64,000 nt of DNA from Thermoplasmatota archaeon (GTDB lineage Archaea > Thermoplasmatota > Thermoplasmata > UBA10834), in NCBI GenBank assembly GCA_040751795.1, contig JBFMHR010000001.1:288001-352000 (forward strand), read 5' to 3'. The number at the start of each line of letters is the position of its first letter. Positions within the stretch are counted from its first letter, which is position 1. Of the stretch, positions 27,489 to 36,113 are shown in pieces. The notes under the pieces were generated by a model. That model was not told the DNA's origin and did not search any database. It saw only the letters and a list, made by a program, of their open reading frames with translations. A program made the position numbers and the translations under genes.

Positions 27489-29147
27489 ATGGCAGTAGAC
27501 GCCTTCGACGAGCTCAACGAGCGCATGTTCAAGAGGCTGCTGGACCTGAAGCCGGAGGTCGGCACGGTCATCGGCCTGCACGACCCGTACGACATGCTCA
27601 TGCCCCATGGCGGACTGGAGGACCTTACCGGCGCGTACGACCTTCTCAGGGAGTGGCGCTCCGCCGCAGCCGAAGTCGCATCCAGGCAGGAGCTGTCGCT
27701 GGACCAGTCGCTGTCGATGAAGATACTCGACGCCTCGATCGAGATGCTCAGGTTCGCGATAGAGGACCACCAGATGTGGAGGATGTACCCGAACGCCGTC
27801 GACGGCATCGGGGGCCTCGCGTTCATCATGTTCTCGAGGGAGTACGCGCCCGTCGAGTCCAGGGCGAGGGGCGTCGCGGCGAGGCTGAAGCTGGTGCCCA
27901 AGTACCTCAAGGAGTTCGAGTCCAGGTTCGAAGACGGGAGGCCCGTCAAGCTCTGGACCGAGGAGGCGATCGACTCGTGCGACCAGGTCCCCGCGTTCCT
28001 GACGTTCATCGAGTCCGCGTGGAAGGGCCAGGTCTCCCCCGGGACGGCGAGTGACCTGGGCGAAGGGGTCCGTGCGGCGAACGAAGCCATCAAGGCCCAC
28101 AAGGAGTGGCTGCAGGGGCTGCTCAGGACCGCCGCCCCCGACTTCGCAATGGGGCGCGAGAGGTTCGAGAGGCTCCTCAAGGTGAGGGGCCTCGGCATGA
28201 CGGGCGACGAGATACTCCGCCTTGGCGAGAAGTACCTCCACGACCTCAAGGCCGAGCGGGCCGCGGTCGCGGACAGGATCTCAGGGGGCAAGGGGCTGGA
28301 GGAGGCCAAGAGGATCGTCGAGGCCGACTGCCCCAGGACCTTCGAGGAGGGGCTGGAGGCCACGAGGCGGGAGATGGAGTCGGCGAAGAGGTTCATCATC
28401 GAGAACGAAATCGCCACCGTCGACGAGAGCGGCGTCCTGAAGGTCGTCGAGACGCCCGACTTCCTCAGGCCCCTGTTCCCCTATGCGGCCCTCATGATGT
28501 CGTCCAAGTTCGACCCGGTGCAGGAGGGGGCCTACATCGTCACGAGGCCAGAGGACCCGAAGGACCTGGCCAAGCACCTCAACCACGCATCCATCATCAA
28601 CACCGCCGTGCACGAGGCGTTCCCGGGGCACTTCCACCAGGGCGTGCGCTCCAACAAGAGGCACTGGATGCTGCAGCTGCACCACATGGTGAGCGGGAAC
28701 GACACGATATCCACCTCCGCCGAGACGGTCGAGGGCTGGGCGCACTACTGCGAGAAGATGATGTTCGAGCGCGGGTACAAGGCAACCGACGCGGCCGCGC
28801 TCGAGACGCTGAACGGGGCGATATGGCGCGCGTACAGGATCATCGCCGACATCAAGCTCGCGCGGGGCGAGGCGACGGTCGAGGAGATGGTCCGGTTCGG
28901 GATGGAGGAGGCCGGGATGCCGAGGGCGGCCGCCGAGGCCGAGGTGAAGAGGTACACCCACACCCCCGGGCAGGCGCTGTCCTACCTCGTAGGCAGGCAC
29001 ATGCTCATAGAGTTCAGGAAGGACATGGAGCGCGAGCTGGGGGCGGCGTTCGACGAGAAGAGGTTCCACGACCTCGTCGCGGGCTACGGCTACCTGCCCA
29101 TGCCACTGATGATGGAAGGCGTCAGGGCGGGGATGAAGCAGGGCTGA
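27489..29147 (+). CDS. DUF885 family putative metallopeptidase (copy 2)
   Basis: HEAFPGHFHQ, EGWAHYCE, EVKRYTHTPGQALSY. Confidence 0.87.
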   Translation: MAVDAFDELNERMFKRLLDLKPEVGTVIGLHDPYDMLMPHGGLEDLTGAYDLLREWRSAAAEVASRQELSLDQSLSMKILDASIEMLRFAIEDHQMWRMYPNAVDGIGGLAFIMFSREYAPVESRARGVAARLKLVPKYLKEFESRFEDGRPVKLWTEEAIDSCDQVPAFLTFIESAWKGQVSPGTASDLGEGVRAANEAIKAHKEWLQGLLRTAAPDFAMGRERFERLLKVRGLGMTGDEILRLGEKYLHDLKAERAAVADRISGGKGLEEAKRIVEADCPRTFEEGLEATRREMESAKRFIIENEIATVDESGVLKVVETPDFLRPLFPYAALMMSSKFDPVQEGAYIVTRPEDPKDLAKHLNHASIINTAVHEAFPGHFHQGVRSNKRHWMLQLHHMVSGNDTISTSAETVEGWAHYCEKMMFERGYKATDAAALETLNGAIWRAYRIIADIKLARGEATVEEMVRFGMEEAGMPRAAAEAEVKRYTHTPGQALSYLVGRHMLIEFRKDMERELGAAFDEKRFHDLVAGYGYLPMPLMMEGVRAGMKQG

Positions 29148-29149
29148 CC

Positions 29150-30355
29150 ATGGACAAGGGGACGAGGACGATCGTCGTCATAGCGGGCCTCACGTTCCTG
29201 GCCATGTTCAACCTCACGTTCATAGTGCCCTCGCTGAAGGAGTTCATCATCGACGGCTACGACTCCACCCCCACCATGGCCTCCCTCTTCGTCACCGTCG
29301 AGATGCTGGCTTACGTGATATTCGGCGTGGTCTGGGGGGCGGTCTCCGACCGGCGCGGGGAGAGGCGCATATTCATCGTGATCGGGTTCTTCGGCTCCGC
29401 CCTGCTGTACTACACCATGAGCCTCGCGCCCGACATAGGCGCCCTCATGGCGCTGAGGTTCGCGCAGGGTGCCCTGACGGTGATGGCCTGGTCCCTCCTG
29501 ATGACCCTCGCCCTGGACATCGCGCACGCGCGCAGCATCGGCGCGGCCATGGGCATAGTCGGCAGCGGGCTCGCCCTCGGGATAGGCTTCGGCGCCCCCA
29601 TCGGCGGTTTCGTAGGCGACATCGGGCCGCTCTACCCGCTGTACGTGGCCTCGGGGCTGTTCGTCGCCGCGGCAGTGGCCGCCTTCGTCCTCCTCGAGGA
29701 CGTCCCGATAAGGAACAGGCCCGAGTCGATCGTGGTGTCGTTCCGGTGCATCGCCAGGGACAGGCGCGCCCTCCCGCCGTTCCTCTTCGGGTTCGCCGAG
29801 AGGTTCAGCGCCGGCTACCTCGTCTTCCTGCTGCCCCTGTACCTCGCCTACGAGTTCGGCGCGGAACCCTCCGAGAGGGGCATGTACCTCGCGGCGTTCC
29901 TCCTGCCCTTCGCGATACTGCAGTACCCATTCGGGAAGCTCTCGGACAGGCACAGCAGGACCAGGATGCTCGCCGTCGGGGGGTTCGCCTACGCCGCGAT
30001 GCTGGCCCTCCTCGGCTACACCAGCCAGGCGGGGATGGTCGTCCTGATGGCGACGTCTGGCGCCCTCGCGGCGATGCTGCTCCCTGCGAGCCTGGGCCTG
30101 CTCGGCGAGCTCGCCCCCAAGGGGGAGCACGCGACCTACATGGGCGGGTTCAACGCGATGGGCTCCCTGGGGTTCGCGGTCGCCCCGCCGCTCGCGACGG
30201 TGCTCTCCGAGTGGGGGGGATACCCCCTCTCCCTCGCCGTCGGAGGGGGCGTGGTCGCGGCGACCGTCGCTCTCTCCCTGCCGTTCATGGGGTCCCTCCG
30301 CGGACCGGGCCGACCGATGGACCAGGAGGGGCACACGCGGAAGGCGCACCGCTAA
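29150..30355 (+). CDS. MFS transporter
   Basis: About 12 hydrophobic segments; WGAVSDRRGERR and FGKLSDRHSRTR motif A. Confidence 0.87.
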   Translation: MDKGTRTIVVIAGLTFLAMFNLTFIVPSLKEFIIDGYDSTPTMASLFVTVEMLAYVIFGVVWGAVSDRRGERRIFIVIGFFGSALLYYTMSLAPDIGALMALRFAQGALTVMAWSLLMTLALDIAHARSIGAAMGIVGSGLALGIGFGAPIGGFVGDIGPLYPLYVASGLFVAAAVAAFVLLEDVPIRNRPESIVVSFRCIARDRRALPPFLFGFAERFSAGYLVFLLPLYLAYEFGAEPSERGMYLAAFLLPFAILQYPFGKLSDRHSRTRMLAVGGFAYAAMLALLGYTSQAGMVVLMATSGALAAMLLPASLGLLGELAPKGEHATYMGGFNAMGSLGFAVAPPLATVLSEWGGYPLSLAVGGGVVAATVALSLPFMGSLRGPGRPMDQEGHTRKAHR

Positions 30356-30463
30356 CCCGTCAGTAAGGAAAACGGTTATAACGGTCCAACCGATACCTTC
30401 GCCGCACACCCGATGCCCGTTGCGGAAAGGGATGCGCAATAGGTACGATGGAGCGTATACCGC

Positions 30464-32017
30464 ATGAGCAAGATCAAGAGAGCCCTGGTCAGCGTTTCTG
30501 ACAAGACAGGCCTGGTCGAGTTCGCCAAGGGCCTTTCGGAGCTGGGGGTAGAAATACTCTCGACCGGAGGGACCGCCACCCTGCTCGAGAAGAGCGGCGT
30601 CCCGGTGATGGGCGTCTCGGAGGTCACCAAGTTCCCCGAGATGCTCGACGGGAGGGTGAAGACCCTGCACCCGGCCATCCACGGCGGGCTGCTGGCGATG
30701 AGGGAGAAGCCGGAGCACATGGAGGCCATCAGGAAGCACGGCATAGAGCCGATCGACATGGTCGTCGTCAACCTCTACCCGTTCGAGTCGACCGTGGCGA
30801 AGGCGGGCGTGAAGCTCGAGGACGCCATCGAGAACATCGACATTGGCGGCCCGTCCATGATCAGGTCCGCGGCGAAGAACCACTCGTCCGTGGCCGTCGT
30901 CGTGAACCCGGCCCAGTACGGGCAGATCCTGACCGAGCTGAGGGAGAACGACTGCAAGCTCTCCCACGAGACCAGGACCATGCTGGCCCTGGAAGCGTTC
31001 CGCGCCACCGCGAGGTACGACTCCGCCATTGCCTCGTACCTTGGCAAGCAGTTCTCGACGGAGCTGTTCCCCAGGAACCTCACCCTGTCGTTCGAGAAGC
31101 TCAGCGACCTCAGGTACGGCGAGAACCCGCACCAGAAGGCCGCGTTCTACAGGGACCTGTTCGAACAGACCCCGCTCAGCGTCGCCGCGGCCGAGAAGAT
31201 GCACGGGAAGGAGATCTCCTACTGCAACGTCCTGGACCTCGACGCCGCGCTGGCGATCGTGTCGGACTTCGAGAAGCCCACCGTCGCGGTCATCAAGCAC
31301 ACCAACCCCTCGGGCGTCGCGAGCGCCGCGACCATGGCCGAGGCGTTCAGGGTCGCGTACAACGCCGACTCGCTCAGCGCCTTCGGGTGCGTCGTCGGCC
31401 TCAACAGGCAGGTCGACCTCGAGACCGCGAAGGAGATCGCGAGCCACTTCGTCGAGGCGGTCATCGCGCCAGGGTACGACCCGGACGCGGAGAAACTCCT
31501 CGAGGAGAAGAAGAGCATCAGGCTCCTCAGGACCAACATGCCCATCAGGCGCGAGGAGGGCAGGAGGTTCATGGCCAAGGTCAAGGGCGGCCTCCTGGTC
31601 CAGACGGACCCCTACGCCGACCTCGACCCGTCGAAGCTGAAGGTCGTGACCAAGCGCGTGCCGTCCAAGGAGGAGCTCGAGGCGATGGTCTTCGGGGCGA
31701 AGGTCTGCAGGCACATCAAGTCCAACACGATCCTGCTCGTCAAGGGCGAGAGGACCGTCGGCGTCGGGGCCGGCCAGATGAGCCGGGTCGACGCGACGAC
31801 CATAGCGGGCATGAAGGCGGGGCCGGAGGCGAAGGGCTCGATACTCATCTCGGACGCGTTCTTCCCGTTCAGGGACGGCGTGGACGCGGCCGCGAAGGTC
31901 GGGGTCTCGGCCATCGTTCAGCCCGGCGGGTCCGTGAGGGACGACGAGGCGATCGCCGCGGCGGACGAGCACGGCATGTCGATGGTCTTCAGCGGGCTGA
32001 GGCTCTTCAAGCACTGA
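30464..32017 (+). CDS. purH: Bifunctional AICAR transformylase/IMP cyclohydrolase
   Basis: ALVSVSDKTG, GRVKTLHP, IDIGGPSM, LRYGENPHQ, KHTNP, SDAFFPF. Confidence 0.97.
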   Translation: MSKIKRALVSVSDKTGLVEFAKGLSELGVEILSTGGTATLLEKSGVPVMGVSEVTKFPEMLDGRVKTLHPAIHGGLLAMREKPEHMEAIRKHGIEPIDMVVVNLYPFESTVAKAGVKLEDAIENIDIGGPSMIRSAAKNHSSVAVVVNPAQYGQILTELRENDCKLSHETRTMLALEAFRATARYDSAIASYLGKQFSTELFPRNLTLSFEKLSDLRYGENPHQKAAFYRDLFEQTPLSVAAAEKMHGKEISYCNVLDLDAALAIVSDFEKPTVAVIKHTNPSGVASAATMAEAFRVAYNADSLSAFGCVVGLNRQVDLETAKEIASHFVEAVIAPGYDPDAEKLLEEKKSIRLLRTNMPIRREEGRRFMAKVKGGLLVQTDPYADLDPSKLKVVTKRVPSKEELEAMVFGAKVCRHIKSNTILLVKGERTVGVGAGQMSRVDATTIAGMKAGPEAKGSILISDAFFPFRDGVDAAAKVGVSAIVQPGGSVRDDEAIAAADEHGMSMVFSGLRLFKH

Positions 32018-32078
32018 GCCGTGACAGGGCCTTGCCTGGAAACCCTTTGACCGTTCCACATCCCAGCCCCGGGCCCGC

Positions 32079-33647
32079 CTACAGTATCGGCACCAGGTTC
32101 GGCCTGAAGTCCCCGGGGTTCGGGTCCGTCATCGCGTGCGGGGCCGTGTAGGGCTCCTCGCCGCGGACCACCATTATCCCGGAGGTCTTGTCGATCCTGA
32201 TGTGCGTGTGCGCCAGGTCGGTGAGCCTGCTCGTGGACCTGACGGAGGGCGTGACCGTGGCCACGAAGACGCCGTCGTTGTTCAGGAGCGCGGACAGGAA
32301 GTCCATGAGGCCGTCGAGCACACCCGGCCCGTACATGGACTCGAGCGAGTCGAATCCGATCATGCACAGGTACGGCGAGGCCGTGTCCTTGAGAGCGTAC
32401 TGCACGTCCTGCCACTTGATGTCGACCCTGACGTCCTCGCCCTCGAGCGTCATGGCGTAGGGCTTGGGCGACTCCGACGCGGCGTGCGGCTCCAGTATGC
32501 GGACGCTCTTGTCGAACTCCTCCGCCTTGACGAAGCCGACGAGGGCGTCGCGCGCAGCCTCCGCGCCGGTCTTCTTGGTCGGGAGCCACGCGACTCCGCG
32601 GCCCTGGGCTGCGAAGTTGCTGATGACGGCGTTCTCGATGGACGACGACGCCGCCACGGGCACCCCCGGGCCGAGCTCTATCAGTGCTATCGTCCCCTTG
32701 ACCAGGCCGCCCTCGAGCATCTCGTCCAGGGCGCCGTTCCCTGTCGACACGCGCCTCTTGTCGGGGTCAGCGGTCTCCTTGAACGCCTTGGGCTTCTCCG
32801 GCTTCGAGTACCTGCCGTACTCGAAGGTCCTCACCCTGCCGCCTTGAAGCGTGTAGACGTACTTGGGCTGGCGGATCTCGCAGCCCCTGAGCTTCAGGAG
32901 GTCCATCTCCCTTATGCGCCTGCCCGTGGTGCTGTTCAGCGAGAGGTACACGACCCCGTCGCCCAGGTAGTCCAGGAGGGGGTCGGGCGTCTCGAGCACG
33001 TACACGATGTTCGTGCCGCAGCCCTCGACAAGGTCCTTCTGGAGCGCGTTGATGAGCTTGGCCGGCTGGAGGCCGTACTTCTCCGCCAGGGCGTCGATGC
33101 TGTCGATTATGATGAGCGTGCGCTCCGGGAGGGCCTTGTCCACGACGTCGTAGGCCATCTCGATCTCGGGCATCATGGAGCCGACGGTGATTGTGATCTC
33201 GCCCTCGCCGGTCGGCTCCGCGACCTGCTCCTCGCCCCCGGCCTCGATGTTGCCCTCGAGCCTCTGGAGCTCCTTCCTCGGGGACTTGACGACCTCGCTC
33301 TTGAGCTCGCCCTTGATCGCCGCCAGACCGAGCAGGATCTTCTCCACCTGCGCCTCGGAGTCCGCCTTCTTCTTGAGCTTCTTCCTCGCCTTGAGGATCT
33401 CCCCCTCCTTGACCTTGTCAAGGAGCCACGGGAACTGGTTGAAGAGGGACTGGTCCGAGACCCTCGTGGACATGTAGTAGCTCTGCTGGACCTGGGCCAG
33501 CTCCTCGATCATCTGGAGCGCGAGGGTGGTCTTGCCCGTCCCCGCCATGCCCCTGACGATAAGCGAGTGCCCGCCCGGGCTGGACAGGAAAGCGATCAGC
33601 TCCCTCGGGAATGTTGCAGTACCGGTCTTCTCAGCCTCAGCCATCAC
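32079..33647 (-). CDS. GvpD/KaiC-like double RecA-fold ATPase
   Basis: GHSLIVRGMAGTGKTT, YMSTRVS..FPWL, IIIDSID, LKLRG; second domain STGNGALDEMLEGGL with degenerate P-loop. Confidence 0.8.
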   Translation of the reverse strand: MMAEAEKTGTATFPRELIAFLSSPGGHSLIVRGMAGTGKTTLALQMIEELAQVQQSYYMSTRVSDQSLFNQFPWLLDKVKEGEILKARKKLKKKADSEAQVEKILLGLAAIKGELKSEVVKSPRKELQRLEGNIEAGGEEQVAEPTGEGEITITVGSMMPEIEMAYDVVDKALPERTLIIIDSIDALAEKYGLQPAKLINALQKDLVEGCGTNIVYVLETPDPLLDYLGDGVVYLSLNSTTGRRIREMDLLKLRGCEIRQPKYVYTLQGGRVRTFEYGRYSKPEKPKAFKETADPDKRRVSTGNGALDEMLEGGLVKGTIALIELGPGVPVAASSSIENAVISNFAAQGRGVAWLPTKKTGAEAARDALVGFVKAEEFDKSVRILEPHAASESPKPYAMTLEGEDVRVDIKWQDVQYALKDTASPYLCMIGFDSLESMYGPGVLDGLMDFLSALLNNDGVFVATVTPSVRSTSRLTDLAHTHIRIDKTSGIMVVRGEEPYTAPHAMTDPNPGDFRPNLVPIL

Positions 33648-33689
33648 GACTCAACTCCTGCACGTACATCTGGCGCTCCGGAAGAGGGC

Positions 33690-34085
33690 TCAGCGCTCCT
33701 TGGGGACCAGCAGGCCTCCCGCCTGCGCCTCCCCCTCCTCCTCCTCGATCAGCTTGATCTCCTTCCACTCGCCGCCGAAGTCCTGGGTCTCTCCAGTGAC
33801 CATCTGGAACCTCACCCTGAGCTTCCCGGCCTCGAAGAAGATGTAGGCGTTCCTGAGCTGCGACTGGTAGAGGACGATCCTCTTCCCCTGCTGCGTCAGC
33901 GCCCTCTCGACCCCCTTCAGCAGCCCCGCCTTCTCGAGCGCGTGTATGCGCCTGTAGCACGCGGCTATGGGGATGCTCAGCTTCGCGCTCAGCTCGAGGG
34001 CGTGCTTCGGCTTCCTGGCGCACGCGACGAGTATCTTCGCCGCGTACGTGTCCATTATCAGCCGTGATGCCTCGATGGGGTCCAA
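33690..34085 (-). CDS. Winged-helix (ArsR-like) protein
   Basis: TTG start after GGAGG; KPKHALELSAKLSIPIAACYRRIHALEKAGLL. Confidence 0.8.
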   Translation of the reverse strand: MDPIEASRLIMDTYAAKILVACARKPKHALELSAKLSIPIAACYRRIHALEKAGLLKGVERALTQQGKRIVLYQSQLRNAYIFFEAGKLRVRFQMVTGETQDFGGEWKEIKLIEEEEGEAQAGGLLVPKER

Positions 34086-34307
34086 GAGCTGGCCTCCGCA
34101 CTGTGAGAGAGCCGCGGTGCTATCGGTTCATAGCAACACTGGGGGGATGTCGTTACGCAGCTCACCAATCTCAGTTCTGAGTGGAGGAATACACTCCTGG
34201 CGTTTAATACTCTTTCGGGGAGCCGGTCTCCGCCTCCCCCAGCCCCCGCACAAGAAATATATTATGGGACGGAAGGCGTCACCGTCCAACGCGCCTGAGG
34301 ATTCCGG

Positions 34308-34646
34308 ATGAAGGGCAGGAAGTGCAAGTGCGGGTTCGTGACACTGGCTGGGAGGCCGAGGTGCCCCCGCTGCGGCAAGATCACCTCCGACGCGGAGTGG
34401 GACGACTTCGGGAAGGTCCTGTCGTCATCCAGGCTCGACTCCGCCCCCGAGGGGTTCAAGGCGCCCATGAGCCTCCTGCTCATAGGGGTCGAGGGCAAGG
34501 GCCCGAAGCTGGCCTGCTGGAGCGAAGAGGAGTTCGCGGTCGGGGACAGGGTCGCCCTCGTGGACATGGGGGGCAACACCTTCACCTGCGACAGGGCCGC
34601 GCCCGGGGAGGCGCGGGTCAGACGGCGATCCTCGAAGCGTCGGTGA
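34308..34646 (+). CDS. DUF35-like Zn-ribbon/OB-fold protein
   Basis: KCKCG...RPRCPRCG, GKVLS, PEGFKAP. Confidence 0.65.
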   Translation: MKGRKCKCGFVTLAGRPRCPRCGKITSDAEWDDFGKVLSSSRLDSAPEGFKAPMSLLLIGVEGKGPKLACWSEEEFAVGDRVALVDMGGNTFTCDRAAPGEARVRRRSSKRR

Positions 34647-35544
34647 GCGAGAACTGCGGGCCGAGGGCGGCTATCCTCGCCTTCAGGGCGCCGGCGAGCT
34701 CTTCGCCCTTGACGGGGGATCTCCTGACGTCGACCACGAGCTCGCATGTCATGCGCTCGTAGTAGACGAGGACGTTGGTCCCGCCTGACAGGACGTTTAT
34801 CGACATGTCGCCCATGACCTTCATTATCTCGTGGATGGCGCCGGGCCTGTCCGGGAGGTCCACCTTCAGCCTGTGGAGGTCCGTGTCGTCGTTCAGGAAC
34901 ACGACCGACAGGATCCACGACTCCGGCTCCGCGACGAACATCACCGGCGCGGAGCTCTTGCCGAGGAAGTTGAGGTAGGCGTGGGGCAGCTCGAAGACGC
35001 CGCCCGAGATCGTGCTCGCCTTCTTCTCGGTCTTCCTCATGGCCATCGTCTTGACCTTCTCGCTCTTGGGCGCGGCGCCGCGCGTGTACCTCGTCGCGAG
35101 GTCCGAGCTCTCGACGCAGAGACAGTCGACCATGCTGAGCGAAGGGTCCTTCGAGTGCTTGGCGTCCTCGAACTCCTTCTCGAGGGTCGACGAGTCGCCG
35201 AAGAAGGAGAGGTCCGCGAGCATCTCCCAGACCATGATGACGTTGGGAATCGAGCTGACCGTCTCCGAGTTGAGTATGTCGATGTTGCGCGCCTTCAGGA
35301 ACTGCGCGGCCTGGGCCAGGGCGCCGGGCTCGTCCCGGACGTGTATGGTGACGTAGGCGATCTCCCTGTAGTTCTCCGGCCCGAACGGGGAGAGCACGAT
35401 CTCGAAGGTGCCCCTGTCCCCTATCTCGTACCTGAACATCGAGCTGAAGACCTCGCTCCCGTCCACGAGGCCGAGGGGTGCCCCTATCCTCGGGCTGATC
35501 CTGATCTTGCCAGACTCCATCCGTCCGAAGTCGACTAGGGTCAT
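34618..35544 (-). CDS. Tandem ACT-domain protein
   Basis: VRDEPGALAQAAQFL..NIDIL and LPDRPGAIHEIMKVM..SINVL. Confidence 0.7.
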   Translation of the reverse strand: MTLVDFGRMESGKIRISPRIGAPLGLVDGSEVFSSMFRYEIGDRGTFEIVLSPFGPENYREIAYVTIHVRDEPGALAQAAQFLKARNIDILNSETVSSIPNVIMVWEMLADLSFFGDSSTLEKEFEDAKHSKDPSLSMVDCLCVESSDLATRYTRGAAPKSEKVKTMAMRKTEKKASTISGGVFELPHAYLNFLGKSSAPVMFVAEPESWILSVVFLNDDTDLHRLKVDLPDRPGAIHEIMKVMGDMSINVLSGGTNVLVYYERMTCELVVDVRRSPVKGEELAGALKARIAALGPQFSLTDASRIAV

Positions 35545-35601
35545 TCTCTCATCCCACGTGCGGATAAGCGGACTACTCACATAAAGATGTTGAGAAGTCG
35601 C

Positions 35602-35994
35602 TCACGCCTTGGGCGTGAAGATGTACAGAGTTGGCACCCGCTTCTTGAGCCCCGTCCAATAGCCGCAGCTCCTGCACCGGTATCCGCGGGTCACCGTGCC
35701 CCCGTAGACGGTGAGGTTCCGTATGCGCTCGGTCCTCCCGCCGCACACGGGGCAGAGGGACGCGGATGTCTTCTCCCCCGACTCCCTCGTCCTCGTCTCG
35801 ACCGTCACCAGGTCGTTCGCGAGCGCGAGCCTCCTGATCCGGGGCTCGCTCACGGAATAGTCGGGGTCGTGCCGCCGGAGCTCCCTCAGGACGAGCTCGG
35901 CGAACTTCCGCTGGGAGTTTATGACCCCGTGCCTCCGGAGCGCGTCCTTGACGGCGTCAAGTATCTCAGTGTCCGAGGGTTTCCTGTACGCCAT
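35602..35994 (-). CDS. Hypothetical protein with C-terminal Zn ribbon
   Basis: CPVCG...YRCRSCGY; basic protein; coding-like composition. Confidence 0.7.
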   Translation of the reverse strand: MAYRKPSDTEILDAVKDALRRHGVINSQRKFAELVLRELRRHDPDYSVSEPRIRRLALANDLVTVETRTRESGEKTSASLCPVCGGRTERIRNLTVYGGTVTRGYRCRSCGYWTGLKKRVPTLYIFTPKA

Positions 35995-36113
35995 CGGGCA
36001 CGAATCAGCATCCGTTTACAGATACCTTTCCACGTGGGGGCCGGAGCGACGCCGGTCGTTGGTGGGAAAGCATTTTATCATCGCAACCGTTAACCGCGGC
36101 ACCAGTGAGAGGC

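Noticed and set aside
32079-33647. Gas vesicle cluster or circadian clock
   Set aside because: No gvpA/J/N or kaiA/B in the window
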